Assembly (NCBI RefSeq): GCF_006345805.1
Contig: NC_043009.1
Coordinates: 62,992,001-63,056,000, forward strand
DNA from: Octopus sinensis
Lineage: Eukaryota
Reading direction: 5' to 3'
DNA: 64,000 bases
Part shown: piece after piece, positions 31,131 to 43,956 of the stretch
Layout of the letters: each line of letters begins with the position of its first letter
How positions within the stretch are numbered: the stretch's first letter is position 1
Notes under the pieces: model-generated
Database searches by the model: none
Told to the model about the DNA's origin: nothing
The model's input: the letters and a program-made list of their open reading frames with translations, nothing else
Program-made: the position numbers and the translations under genes

Positions 31131-31394
31131 GAAGCCGAACTCGAACCTGTCTGTCTGTCACTTGTCTATATATCTAACTGTCTGTGTATCTATCTATGTG
31201 TGGGTGTATGTGCATGTGTATGTATGTATACTGTGTGCGTTTGTCTCTGTTACTCGTTTGTTTACATTCTCGTGACTGAGCAGTTTGGCAAAAGAGACAA
31301 AGAAAATATTGTGCCAGATTTAAAAATAAATTTATTTGTTTGACTAAATCCTTCCAGGAGGTGCTCCAGCATGACCTCATCCAAATCACTGAAA

Positions 31395-31790
31395 CAAATG
31401 TGGCTGTGTGGTAAGTAGCTTGCTAACCAACCACATGGTTCCGGGTTCAGTCCCACTGCGTGGCATCTTGGGCAAGTGTCTTCTGCTATAGCCCCGGGCC
31501 GACCAATGCCTTGTGAGTGGATTTGGTAGACGGAAACTGAAAGAAGCCTGTCGTATATATGTATATATATATAAGTGTGTGTGTATATGTTTGTGTGTCT
31601 GTGTTTGTCCCCCTAGCATTGCTGGTGTGTTTACGTCCCCGTCACTTAGCGGTTCGGCAAAAAGAGACCGATAGAATAAGTACTAGGCTTACAAAAAGAA
31701 TAAGTCCCGGGGTCGATTTGCTCGACTAAAGGCGGTGCTCCAGCATGGCCGCAGTCAAATGACTGAAACAAGTAAAAGAGTGAAAGAGAG
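31395..31790 (+). mobile_element. SINE family C
   Basis: GGCTGTGTGGTAAGTAGCTTGC head to GACTGAAACAAGTAAAAGAG tail. Confidence 0.88.
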
Positions 31791-32689
31791 AGAGAGAGTC
31801 ATTGACTAACAGCATCGTCACTTCTTGCTGGCTAATTTTAATGCACCCATGGAGCATAAAATAGGTTAACATTAATTTTCCAATTGGTTTTTCATGGGCA
31901 GAAATTAAGCTACAAAAAAAAAGAAACCCTAAATATTTGCCGATGATGACTGCATTTATTTTCCATGCCAATATTACATGAATAGATTGGCCAGTTTTCA
32001 CTTCGTTATTTGCACATTAAATCCCACATTAAGAAGACTTGTTGGACCACTGGATCATATTCTCTCTAAATGAATTCATAGCGTATATTGACTCAGCACT
32101 GCTTTTGTTCTTTAGGTTCTCTATTGGCTTTTGTTATTCTGTGATGATTTAAGTGGTGTTTAAAATAACATGTTTGACATCACTTGATGTTCACTGAAAC
32201 TGACTCTGTTGTGAGATCCAATCATAATATTGAACATTTACAGTCAATTATTGACCCTTAGCTTAATGTAAATATGTGTTAATTATCGATGTAACTGGCT
32301 TTGAGAAACATATACACATGCTTACAGACACACACTCACAAAAGAGGAAGAAGAAGAAGAACAACAACAACAGCAACAGAGACAACAACTTGAAACTATA
32401 CTTCAAAAGAACTGTAACAAATCCATAAATATGTTTTTGTATATAAACACGATAATTATCGTCTATAGGGAATTGAAAATAGGAGCTTCTGTCTTCCAGG
32501 CTTTTCCTAAATATGTTAGCTCTGTAGAATAAAAGGTTACAACAATGGTTTGGAAGATAATGTTGGCAAAGCTGTCTGAGAACTTATTGTAAGTACTGCT
32601 AGTGATATTTTTTTTTACTTAGAGACTGGAAAGATTCAGTTTTTTTTACTCAGCGTCTCAATGCTGGTTCAGTGACAAAGGATGTATAG

Positions 32690-32907
32690 CAGTGATTTTC
32701 AACCAGGGTTCCTAGGAACCTTAGAGTTCCGCCAGTACAGTCCAGGGGTTCCGCAAGAAGTTACAAAACTGCTAAAATCGGCAGTAATTTTTAATTCTCC
32801 TGTGCAGATATGTGTGCATAAGACTATTAAATTATTGCACAGGGGTTCCTCGAGCCAGTGGAATGTTTCCTTGGGGTTCCGCTCCAGCAAAAGTTTGAAA
32901 AGCACTA
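32690..32907. mobile_element. hAT-type MITE
   Basis: CAGTGATTTTCAAC / TTTGAAAAGCACTA imperfect TIRs. Confidence 0.55.
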
Positions 32908-32912
32908 TAGAA

Positions 32913-33900
32913 CAGGCATATCAAACTGAGGGTCCATCGAGGGACCATAACGGGTCACATTTGTGTTGTCATGAGGGCTGCACTCACATCAATTATAACT
33001 GAAGTCATTTAATGAAAATTATCGCAGAATATTTTTCTTACAATGTAATGTGTCCTTGTGTCATTTGATTTATTTTATCTGATGTTAATTTACACAGGTC
33101 ACAACCTAACAAACGCTGTCTGTATTGGGTGATCTTCATGTCGGTCGTCATTTCATCTTGGTCTCCATCAAATCCTAACAAAGTCTTTCATTACCTATTT
33201 CAGCTCTAGTTTTTACAAGCACTCATAACACCACCAGTAATTTATCATTGAAATGACATTCCCTTTCTAATTCTTCATTAAACAGGTCCGTTGCTGTAAG
33301 GCGGCGAGTTGGCAGAATTGTTAGCACGCCGGGCGAAATGCTTAGTGGTATTTCGTCTGCCGCTACGTTCTGAGTTCAAATTCCGCCGAGGTCAACTTTG
33401 CCTTTCATCCTTTCGGGGTCGATTAAATAAGTACCAGTTACGCACTGGGGTCGATATAATCGATTTAATCCGTTTGTCTGTCCTTGTTTGTCCTCTCTCT
33501 GTTTAGCCCATTGTGGGTAGTGAAGAAATAGGTCCGTTGCTGTGTCAAGTTAGCCTTCAATTCCGTGAGTCTTGAAACACGCATTGGACCTTCATATTTA
33601 TCATAAGATCGGTGTTTCATTTCATAATGTCTTTTCAAGTTGTATTCTTTCGTTGTGGCAATGCTGTTGTTAAAAAAATTAAACAATGTATCTTTATATT
33701 CTCCGTCGTACAAAAATAATGTAATTCCCATTTTTCTTGAAACATTTGTCCTTCTTCGTTCGGTTTCCTTTTTCTCTTAGCTGGAGCAGCACTAGCCATT
33801 TTAAGGATGAAATAGATTTGCAAGTCTACTTACGGGAAATGCATCTACTCACCAGAAATGCAGCGCACTGGGACAGGAATTGCAGGACACAGGCAATGCA
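32913..33900 (-). mobile_element. hAT (SPIN/Buster, GTF2IRD2-like) transposon remnant with N-terminal zinc-finger coding fragment
   Basis: ATG at 33799 (-): MASAAPAKRKRKPNEEGQMFQEKWELHYFC...IHCLIF, then a frameshift and SIATTKEYNLKRHYEMKHRSYDKYEGPMRVSRLTELKANLTQQ; CAGGCATATCAAAC terminus-like motif at 32913. Confidence 0.75.
33298..33529 (+). mobile_element. Family B (CORE) SINE inserted in the hAT remnant with a 14-bp TSD
   Basis: AGGTCCGTTGCTGT at 33284-33297 and 33530-33543. Confidence 0.92.
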
Positions 33901-34129
33901 GGGCTTGAATGCGCTCTCTTAATTCCATCCATCAGACGAGAATTTAATGAATAAAAGAAGGGAAGAAAGGAAAATCGACTTAGACGAACATTGACGGGTA
34001 CATTCTGCGATGTGCAAACATCTGTAACGTTTTATATATGAAACATCTGGAGCCACGATTACATGACACAAACATAAACGACACGAAACAAAGGAATTTC
34101 AGTGTGTAAATAGTATATATAACAATAAA

Positions 34130-34800
34130 AAAAATTAAACAAAATAAAACTCCCAAAGGGGCGGGGGCGCGCTTTAAAGGTCCTCGTGGAAAAACCCACA
34201 AAAGCCACGAGTACCTGATCAACAGGGCAAGAGCCCTTCTCCGTTAATTTTTCACAGGCGTATGCTCAGAATTGGTCCTTTCACACTGGCCATTCTTCCA
34301 ACATTCACCCGCCTTTAAACAAACTTGCTACAAGGCACCACTTCCTTCTCCACCTTCAACTTCCTTTTCAAGTGAAACTTGAAGAAGTTGTCGAGGGGTT
34401 GGCCAAAGGGGAAAGTGTCTGACTTTAGCCCTTTCAGACGAGTCCATCATACTACCTCTTTCGTTACAGCCACCAGACAAATAAAAACTGCCTGCCCCTC
34501 CTGACCAAAGGAGGGTAGCAAGGCAAGCTTCACTATGGATTCAGCTGAGAGCCGGATTCGTCCCACACGTGACAGCAGGTGTTCAACATAAACCCACATG
34601 TCAGTAATGCTCGGGTACTGTACGAGGGCGTGCAGAACGGTCTCATCGTTCTGCACGCACCTCGGGCAGGCCCGGCTGATGGTACTTTCGTGCTTGTAAA
34701 GTTTATCCCGAACAGGTAGTGCCCTTTGGTAACACTGTCAGGTAAGGGATTTCTGGAAGTTATCCATAGGCCCAGGCCCAAAAGTTCTCCGATACAGACC
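34130..34800 (-). mobile_element. Tx1/L1-clade LINE 3' fragment (ORF2 C-terminal zinc-finger region plus 3'UTR)
   Basis: Decayed translation: ..PRC.QNDETVLHALVQYPSITDMWVYVEHLLSRVGRIRLSAESIV..AVFICLVAVTKEVV.WTRLKGLKSDTF...FFKFHLKRKLKVEKEV. Confidence 0.7.
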
Positions 34801-35304
34801 GGTTAATTGATCCTCGTCGACACCTAGAGTTTCTCCAATAATAATAACAGTTTCAAATTTTGGCCATCAGTTTTAGGGGGAGGGGTCTAGTCGATTACAT
34901 CGACCCAAGATCGTAATTGGTACTTATTTTATTGAACATTATACCAAGAAAGGCAAGTCTATGTAACCCGGGGGTAGAGTCGTCTGTGGCTGGACTGACA
35001 GTCCAGTAAAGGTACTCAGTGATTGGCTTGGTCAAGACTTCTAGGGGATAGGATTTGGGACGAAGTTATGAACATGGTGGGCAATAGAAATAGAAATAGG
35101 GAAAGCTATCCCTAAAAGTTCAGACGAAGATTATGACTGTGTGCACCGTCACTTTTGTATATTATCATACAAAGCTGTGCTCTACTTTGCATTGAAACAA
35201 GTCTGCACTTTTGCTTCTAGTGAAAAATTCGGGTTTCCTTGATCAGAAGGTCCCTTTGCGGCTAACACTCTGCATAGAGAACGTAATATGCAGTGGGTGA
35301 GGCA

Positions 35305-35718
35305 TACCTATTTCTTTACTACCCACAAGGGGCTAAACACAGAGAGGACAAACAAGGACAGACAAAGGGATTAAGTCGATTACATCGACCCCAGTGCGTA
35401 ACTGGTACTTATTTAATCGACCCCGAAAGGATGAAAGGCAAAGTTGACCTCGGCAGAATTTGAACTCAGAACGTAACGGCAGACGAAATACCTATTTCTT
35501 TATTACCCACAAGGGGCTAAACACAGAGGGGACAAACAAGGACAGACATAGATATTAAGTCGATTACATCCACCCCAGTGCGTAACTGGTACTTAATTTA
35601 TCGACCCCGAAAGGATGAAAGGCAAAGTCGGCCTCGGCGGAATTTGAACTCACAACGTAACGCAGACGAAATACCGCTAAGCATTTCATCCGGCGTGCTA
35701 ACGTTTCTGCCAGCTCGT
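35305..35718 (-). mobile_element. Family B (CORE) SINE dimer
   Basis: Two bodies joined at GAAATAC|CTATTTC, the same junction as in the 4365-5291 concatemer. Confidence 0.9.
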
Positions 35719-35862
35719 AGGCTGGGACTGATGCTGTGATATCTGCAGAGATTCTTAGACGACGAGCAGATGTGGCCACTGTTTGTGAAGCACACATTCC
35801 TACCACTTGTCATTTTCATGAAACTGCAGTCCCGGGTCAAATGAATGCCAAAAATGGGATGA

Positions 35863-36021
35863 CAGTGGCGTAGCAAGAGTGTGTGCCACCCGTGACTGCC
35901 CTTGAGTTTGCTCCCTACACAGGAGGTATAAGCCTGTTTAGTAGACGCAAAAGTGCCGCCTCCGTAAATGCGTTGTCCTGGCGGACTGCCCCTTCGCACC
36001 CTCCTCCCAGCTACGCTATTG
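35863..36021. mobile_element. Small hAT-like MITE
   Basis: CAGTGGCGTAGC / GCTACGCTATTG imperfect TIRs; no intact TSD. Confidence 0.45.
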
Positions 36022-36319
36022 GCCAGATATCTGGAGGGTTGTCAAGCGCACAACCCACTAATAATCTGTTGATGCGATCGATTGAATGTACAATGCAATT
36101 TTTTCTCATCTGACGGTATGGAAACCCCGTTTTATTAGCAACATATTTTTACAGGAGAAATGAGAAAAAACATTAAAAGTATAAAAAAATCAAATTATCG
36201 AGATAAAAATCCGAAACTCCCTCACCAAGGAAACAAAGGAAAAGAAAAAAAAAACGGGAAGGGAATTAAGAAGCAGAAAAAGGAGGAGGGAGAGGAGGAG
36301 GAGGAGGAGGAGGAGGAGG

Positions 36320-37140
36320 CAATGGGTTGTGCACCTCAGACCAAATAGCGAAGTCAGCTGCGCCTTGCGGATATGATTGCAAAGGCGTTGCCGTGGGGAA
36401 TGGCCAGTGACACTCACTGCAACGGCCACATCATCTAGCGGGGCTCATTTCTCAGACGGGCCGCAATTTTTGCGGGGGAAATCAGCAGTGCAGGGTTCGA
36501 GAATACCTGAGATCTGAGATGGCGACCGACGCTAAATGACTGCGGTCAAGCTTCCGTATTTGTTTATCTTTCGCTCCTCTGCGCTGCGGGCGGCGTCACT
36601 CGGGTTTGCAGCCATGTTGGAGCCGGAGAACGTGTTGCAGCACGTCGCGTCCTCGATCAGGGATCTACTTCCATCGTATGGGAAGAGGGTTATTCCTTCG
36701 GAGTGCTTACTATTCCCGCAATCAAGACCGACTGGCCCCAGTTGTGACAGGAGGCCAGCTGCGTCGAGGCCCCTTCGAATTATGTCATTCAATGCGGCGA
36801 GTAGGGGGGAATCGGCCCGCGCTATGGATGCAGGCTGAATTCATCGACATCCGCTTCTCAACGACATTTGTGTGACACACACATTCGGAGACCGTGGCAC
36901 TGGGTCACTCCAATAGAAGTGCACACATCACCAAAAATGGTACCAGTTGATGAGGAGGGAACCGAATTGAGCGACGCACCACTGTTTTTACCGCGAAGTG
37001 AAACGCAGCCAGGTGAGGAAGTGCTTGTCTAAGTTTAGTGTTGGGTTTCAATGACAAACGATGTTTACTGGCCAGAGTGCAAAGTTTTAGGGGCTTTGGA
37101 GTGTCTTGATCCTCCCTTGGTAAATAGTCGGCCCATCCCC
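36320..37140 (-). mobile_element. CRE-clade (restriction-like endonuclease) non-LTR retrotransposon 3' fragment
   Basis: Decayed motifs SG..L..VPSSSTGT, L.MC..H.C...VD...LH, LNDIIRRGL..AG....P.GL, EG.T..P.DG.RSL..DATC.NT, AARSAEERKINKYGSL and AVQRGNA, in the order expected for CRE ORF C-termini. Confidence 0.75.
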
Positions 37141-37332
37141 ATTGCGGGAGTCTTTGCTTTTCTTATTTTTTGAATCTTTTATCCGTTTCGGTCATTGGAC
37201 TGCGGCCATGCTGGGTTACTGCCTTGAAGAGTTTAACCGAACAAATATATATGTCGAACCGGTAATCCCTGCACATTTTGTGGGTCTCTTGTTTTTTTTT
37301 TTCGTTTTGTTCCTATTTTCCCCCTCTCATCC

Positions 37333-37368
37333 ATTTCTGTCGAAGAGCATCGGCTCGAAACGTCAAAG
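37333..37368 (+). ncRNA. Minimal hammerhead-like motif in a Penelope-type end (one core mismatch)
   Basis: UUU-CUGUCGA-A-[GAGC AUCG GCUC]-GAA-ACGU-C-AAAG; A6 reads U. Confidence 0.45.
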
Positions 37369-37499
37369 ACTTTTCCATTCTTTCCAAGCGTCAAACTAAT
37401 ACACCTGCTGCTTGTTGTTCTTTCACCTGTCTTCGTCTTTTGTTTTCTGTAAATTTGAACTATACGTGTGTGTGTGTATGTGTGTGTTTGTGTGTGTGT

Positions 37500-37902
37500 G
37501 CGCGTGTTGTGCTTGCACCACCGCTTGATAACTAGTGTTGGTTTGTTTACGTTCCCGTAACTTAGCGGTTCTACAAAAAAAAAAAGATAGAATAAGTACG
37601 AGGCTTTAAAAAAGCATGAGTACTGGGGTCGATTCGGTCGACTAAACCCTTCAAGGCGGTTCCCCCAGCATGGTCGCAGTCCAATGACTGAAACAAGTAA
37701 AGGATTAAAGATAAATAAAAGATAGGCGCAGGAGCGACTGTGTGGTAAGTAGCTTGCTTATCAACCACATGGTTCCGGGTTCAGTCCCACTGCACGGTAC
37801 GTTGGGCAAGTGTCTTCTACTATAGCCTCGGGCCGACCAAAGCCTTGTGAGTGGATTTGGTAGACGGAAACTAAAAGAAGCCCGTCGTATATATGTATAT
37901 AT

Positions 37903-37990
<88 letters not shown>

Positions 37991-38225
37991 CGTGTGTATG
38001 TTTGTGTGTCTGGGTTTGTCGTCCCAGCATCGCTTGACAACCGATGCTGGTGTGCTTACGTCCCCGTAACTTAGCAGTTCGGCAAAACAGACCGATAGAA
38101 TAAATACTAGGCTTACAAAAGAATAAGTCCTGGGGGGGGGGTCGATTTTCTCGACTAAAGGCGGTGCTCCAGCATGGCCACAGTCAAATGACTGAAACGA
38201 GTAAAAGAGAGTAAAAGAATAAAAG
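37500..38225 (+). mobile_element. Family C SINE 3' half followed by a full-length family C SINE with internal (TA)n
   Basis: ATAGGCGCAGGAGCGACTGTGTGGTAAG head at about 37723; (TAAAAGAG)n tail. Confidence 0.9.
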
Positions 38226-38505
38226 ATAAGCCTGCCCGACCAGGTCTGACCTGGGGTTAAACAACACCACCGCCACCACCACCATCGTACCACCACCGCC
38301 ACCCACATTGCCACCGCTATATCACTTGCTTACCATCGTAAACAGTAAATATTTACTTTATTATATATTGCGATGACAATCCAATCAATCGATTCCGTTA
38401 CGTATTTCCTGTAAACACAGCGACGAGTGACAAAAGGTGATGAGTGAGCCTTGTTGATCGTCTGAGTGACACTTGCGTCGATCACTTAAAATAACAGAAG
38501 CCCCC

Positions 38506-38520
38506 GTTGCTCTTAGCAAC
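38506..38520. promoter_or_regulatory. Palindromic RFX X-box-like motif
   Basis: GTTGCT-CTT-AGCAAC, in a CpG-rich region followed by a consensus 88-bp intron (38549-38636). Confidence 0.45.
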
Positions 38521-38759
38521 ACCAGTCTAAATGACGACGTAATTTAAGGTAAGGATAAGGACATCTCGAAGGTGTCTCGAAGGTGTCCTTAGCACCTCCT
38601 CCTCCCGGCCCCTTTTTTTCTTTTTCTTTCTTTTAGTGGGTGAACTTCATTTGTCACACGTGGGAGACCTGGAGCCTGGAGCCTGGAGTTTGGAGCCTGG
38701 AGTTTGGAGCCATGGTTACAAGCAGCACGTTGAGAAGAGCAGGTAGTGGAAAAAGGAAA

Positions 38760-39013
38760 CGACTGATGATGATGATGATGATGAGAAGGAGGTGGAGGAC
38801 GAGGGGGAAGTTGATGGTGATGAGGTTGATATAATGATATAATGATGATGATGATGATGATGATGATGATAATGAGGATGAGGAGGAGGAAGAGGGGGAA
38901 GTTGATGGTGATGAGGTAGATATAATGATAATGATGATGATGATGATGATGATAATGAGGATGAGGAGGAGGAAGAGGGGGAAGTTGATGGTGATGAGGT
39001 AGATACAATGATA

Positions 39014-39059
<46 letters not shown>

Positions 39060-39200
39060 GGATGATGATGATGATGATGAGGAGGAGAAGAGGAGGAGGA
39101 AGAGGACGGCAACGACGACGAAGGTAAGTTGATGGTAGCGATGGTGGTGCGGTAGAAAGAATAGTGATGAGGTAGTGATGATGGTGATGGTGATGGTGAT
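38760..39200 (+). repeat. (GAT)n/(GAG)n compound microsatellite with three longer repeated units
   Basis: Direct reading; GAGGGGGAAGTTGATGGTGATGAGG occurs three times. Confidence 0.9.
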
Positions 39201-39999
39201 GATGACGGCGGCGACGGCGACAAAGATGACAAAACAGCCAAAGCCAAGGTAAAGCGATTTTTAAAGACGACCAGAAAGAAAAAAAGGAGACCAATTTGAC
39301 AACAAGAAGGAAAGCCTTAAGGCTGAGCGAGCGGAGCGGAGCGCGCGCGTGTGTGAGAGGTGGAGTGGGAGTGGGGGTGGGGGGTTAAGGAGGATGAGGC
39401 GGAGCAAGGCAGAAGTGGGGGGGGGGGGGGGGGGAGGAGAGCGGGGAGCGGGAGCGGGAGGAGAAAAATATGAAATAAAAAAAAATACAAAAAATAGATA
39501 ATAATAATATTTTGAAGAAGAAAAGAAGAAAGGAGTCGACGACGACGAAATAAGACATTATTATTATTTATTATGTATTTAGACGTCAATAGCAGTTGCA
39601 CTTCTGTCTTCCCTGTCGATAGGGGGGGGGCGGGCACCTAACCTCACCCGACGCCACCGCACGCATACTACTATTACTACCACTACTACTACTACTACTA
39701 CTGTTACTACTAGCAGTGTTACTGCTCCTGCTGCTGCTGTTGCGGCTACTGCTGCTACTATTACTGCTGCTAAGCTGTGTGTAGTAAGATGTTCTTCTCC
39801 GTCTTGTAGTTACTACAAACCCATGTTATTTCCCGCTGCTTCTTCTTAGTCGTTGGTTATTATTATTACTCTCTCTCTCTGGCAAATATTGGATACGGTA
39901 TACTCGCTGCTATAAGGTAAGGTAACATGTTCGACTTTCGACTCCCTTCTTTTTGTGTAGCATCTCTTAAAGTGCATCGTCACCAACCATCAATTGTCC

Positions 40000-40020
40000 C
40001 TTCTCATCATCATCATCATC

Positions 40021-40059
<39 letters not shown>

Positions 40060-40515
40060 GCTTCACCACAAATATGCCTCACCCCCCTTATCCTCCTCTT
40101 CATCACCACCACCATCACCACCACCACTTTCATCATCATCACCACCATCATCATCATCATCATCACCATCACCATCATCATCATCATCATCATCATCGTC
40201 ATCATCATCACCACCACCATCATCGTCATCATCATTATCCTTCGCAACAACTGCAGCAACAGCAGCTATAGTAATATTATCACTTCTTTCCTTTGTTTCA
40301 TAATGTGATCGAATGATAAAGTGTGTGTGTGTGTGTGTTAGTGAGTATGTGTGAGGTATTTTCTTTCCGGAGAAAAATATTTTCTTTGCGAAGCAGCAGG
40401 ACTTGGCAATATACATACATACATACATATATACATACATGCATATATATATAATACACACACACACACACACACACCACACACACACACACCACACACA
40501 CACACACACACACAC

Positions 40516-40570
<55 letters not shown>
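40000..40570 (+). repeat. (CAT)n, (TAT)n, (CA)n and (TA)n microsatellite cluster
   Basis: Direct reading. Confidence 0.9.
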
Positions 40571-42289
40571 AACGAATTCAGAATGAATGACTGCGTATAG
40601 AAAAAACGCGCTTCTGTCCATATTTCTATCTAAACATATCGACAAGATGTTGATTTCCCTGTTGCTGCCGAGCCCCAGGTAAGCTCAAAACAAACGGACC
40701 TGTGATGATTTGATAAAACCCCCAGATATTGTTGTATAGTCCCAGATTAACCCTGACCGAACAGACCTACGATAAACCACTAGATGCTGCTGCAGCTGTT
40801 GTTTTTGCGTGGCTCCGGGTTAGTCCGAAACTAAACCACGAGATGTTTATTTTGGAATGAAAAGAGGAACAATAGAAATAAAAGTACATAAAGGTTTCTT
40901 CAGCTACTCAATTATTCCATTAGGCGACATACCTAGCTAGCGCTGACCACAGCCAATACATTGTCTGCCTGCTTCAAGGGATTCCACTACTAAATTATTC
41001 CATTCTTATTGCACGATATTCAGCTGTTAAGTTCGTCCGTCAATGTGTTCAAATTCTTTCACTGTTCACACGTTTATAAAACAAGTTTCTGAAAAATTTT
41101 AACTTGTCTTGTAAATAATAATAATAATAAAAGACATGTGAGCAAAAATGAATGGAAAGAAAAAAGGTAGAAAGCTCAAATAGTTAACTTGCAAACCAGC
41201 TTGTTAGCTCGGCTAATTGAAGAATAGACACATAGGTATCTAAATGAATGCACACATTGGCATATAGACAAATAGATACTAAATAGACACGTTGGGAGAT
41301 AGATTGATTGTTGCTGATTCGGACCACCGCACGTTTCTTAGGATTCTTGTGACTATGTCTAAAATAGATGAATTATTAGATAAACAGATGGATAAGTAGA
41401 TAGAAAGATACTAGAAGAAGGGGATGGATGAAAATGTCGATGAGAGGAGATAAAACATAAATAGAAGTGACGAACGTTTTTGCATTGCACGAGTGGTTAT
41501 AGATATGAAAAATTAGAGGTAGATATACTTTGAAGCATGTATTTATGTAGAGTGCATCTCTTTCGGCCATATCTTTGCAGTTCTTTTCCTTCGGTCATTC
41601 GTTATCTTGTTCAAAGCTTAGCAATTCAGAAACCCCTGCTCCCCATCACCCCCTTTTTACAAACATGCCAACACATTTGAATGGGTCTCAACCTCATATT
41701 CGATAATCTGATTCGATCTCTATAAATCATGGCCCACGTAACTGCTATGTTGTAATACTTACTATAGGACTAGGAGATATTATCTGGAAAAAAGTTTGTG
41801 ACTGTAACTAGAGTCCCGGTAGGCAGTTATGATACAATAAATAAGAATAAAGCAATTCAGTGTGACCAGATCACGTAAGAGGCATGTTAGTCCGACTTGC
41901 TAATTATGAATCGCATAACTGCCAAGTTTTATCGGAATTGTTCTTTAACGAATGTATTGTATTTATTTACGGCTGACATGTGATACATGCTTTGGTTATT
42001 AATTTTAGCCACTACGGCCAGGCCATGCTAGAGCACTCACCGCCTTTATGTAATGCATTCTTATCGGAAACTAAATTAAAATAGAAATCGTGATTTAAAA
42101 CAACAAACACCCTGTTTATCAAATAATTCATTGTAATGTTCTTGCGAAAATTCATACCTAGACATATTCCATTATATCCCAAAGACATAGATGTCCTTAG
42201 AAGACCTTCAGCTCACTCATTTATCACAAATATTTTGCCTGTAATAATAACAATGGAGTTCATTCGAAAGATCCCTCTAGAGTAATGTT

Positions 42290-42655
42290 ACTCGTCAGGG
42301 TGCGTATTTCGGAGGTTAAGGAGTTTCTCCAGGTCGAGTCGCAACTTCTCCATAATTGAGAGGTCATATCTCCGGTACATCGGACATGTGATTAGAATGT
42401 CGCAAGAAAGAACGGCAAGGCAGATTCTTCCTGCTGATCCAACCGGTAGGAGACCAAGGAACTGATCAAGAACGGGATGGCTGGATAATATTCATTGCCT
42501 CAATTGGTCACGCTTGGGAATCCAACCGAAAAATGTAACGATGGTTGCTTTTGAAGGATGCTATGGAGTAAGATGCCTGATGACTCTACCCCTACAACTC
42601 TCCCAGGAATAATGGGTAGAGAAGATGGATAGAGGGGTGGATGGATGGATGGTTT
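42290..42655 (+). mobile_element. RTE-clade LINE 3' fragment
   Basis: IERSYLRYIGHVIRMSQERTARQIL...PTGRRPR...R.GWLDNI; (GATG)n tail. Confidence 0.65.
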
Positions 42656-43956
42656 TAGCAGGGACAAGACCTACTCAGACGAAGTATATTTCCTGGTTAT
42701 TTCTAAGACACAATACAATATTATTTTTACTTTCCCAAGAATAAAAATCTTCACTATTTTTCTCAAATTAAGAACTTGCAATTAAATGTACGAAGGGAAA
42801 AAGTTAAGTCGAATTTAAAACGATTTTATGCCTTATAAGGTTTTCGCGGTGACCACCCTCAGTCATCTAAACAAAAGGAAAAGTTCACACTTGAAAATCT
42901 GCTTGTCGTCGCTTCTTTTTTTTTTCGACTTGTCAACACCGAATCATGAGTGCTAATTGACCGTTATACTTTAAGCATATATTTGTGTCTGTTATATACC
43001 ACTTAACCTACTGAAATAGTCAACAGTATACATGTGACACCAAACTGGCCATGTAACTTCTTTAATGATTGTTAATGTCTCCAGACAAAGTTGTTGCCAG
43101 GGAGATAATGGTTCTGGAACCCGAGTCATCGTCCTATACAACAAACGGTGGCTTCGAAAACTTCCATAAGTATAGAGAAACAAACCCAGGTTGGTATGTG
43201 TGATCGGATTAAAATTTAGCGTGTGAAGAGAGATTAAATGACAGTTTTGTACATTACATACTTGTCGGTAATGAAATAATGAGTCAACCCCTACTTATTT
43301 GATGTCAAGACCTCGTGTTTAAACTCTGATAAATACCGGACTCAAATGAACTCATCCACTCTACCAATTAGTGTTTGTGTTTTATACCAACCAAACCACT
43401 CACTGTTTCAGCACATGCTCTCAAATGGTAAACACTCATTTCAACAACTCACTTTTGATTCTTAACACTTAATTAAATTGTATTATTCCAAGAACGTTAG
43501 TGTGTATGAGTTTGCGTATGTATGGTAGAGATAAATGGATAGATAGATAGATAGATAGAGAGATATATATATAGAGAGAGAGGTGGGGAGACTTCGGTTT
43601 GTTAGGTTTCTATTGCCTATGGTCAACAGTTGGTCAACAGAGCATACACAACAGTACTTAGTGTTTGAGGCTTTGGTGGCGGAATAATCCCCATAATTAA
43701 GAACGTTATTTGAACTGATTTCTTCTTTAAATACCAACCTGCCTTAGAACTTTCATTAATTAGCCATCTAACACTGATTGCACTTTACCTTTCAAGAAGT
43801 CGTGCTAATTAAAAGTGACAGAAAACTTCAAATGTGTTGTGACAAGTTCTTTTTTTTTTTCAAGTCGAACTTCTTCTGCTAGGGCTTGGCTAGAATTACA
43901 AAATCTACAAAAATTGCTGTTTGTTACATTATTATTATTATTATACATTGAATGTA

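Noticed and set aside
28519-31161. Long ORFs (up to 363 aa) on the minus strand of the 34-bp satellite
   Set aside because: They arise from a 34-bp period cycling through frames; no splice or start context and no recognisable domain.
38712-38834. ORF MVTSSTLRRAG.. with a perfect Kozak context
   Set aside because: It runs into (GAT)n and stops after 40 codons; the internal donor GTAGTG is weak and no partner exon was found. Kept only as part of the promoter-region finding.
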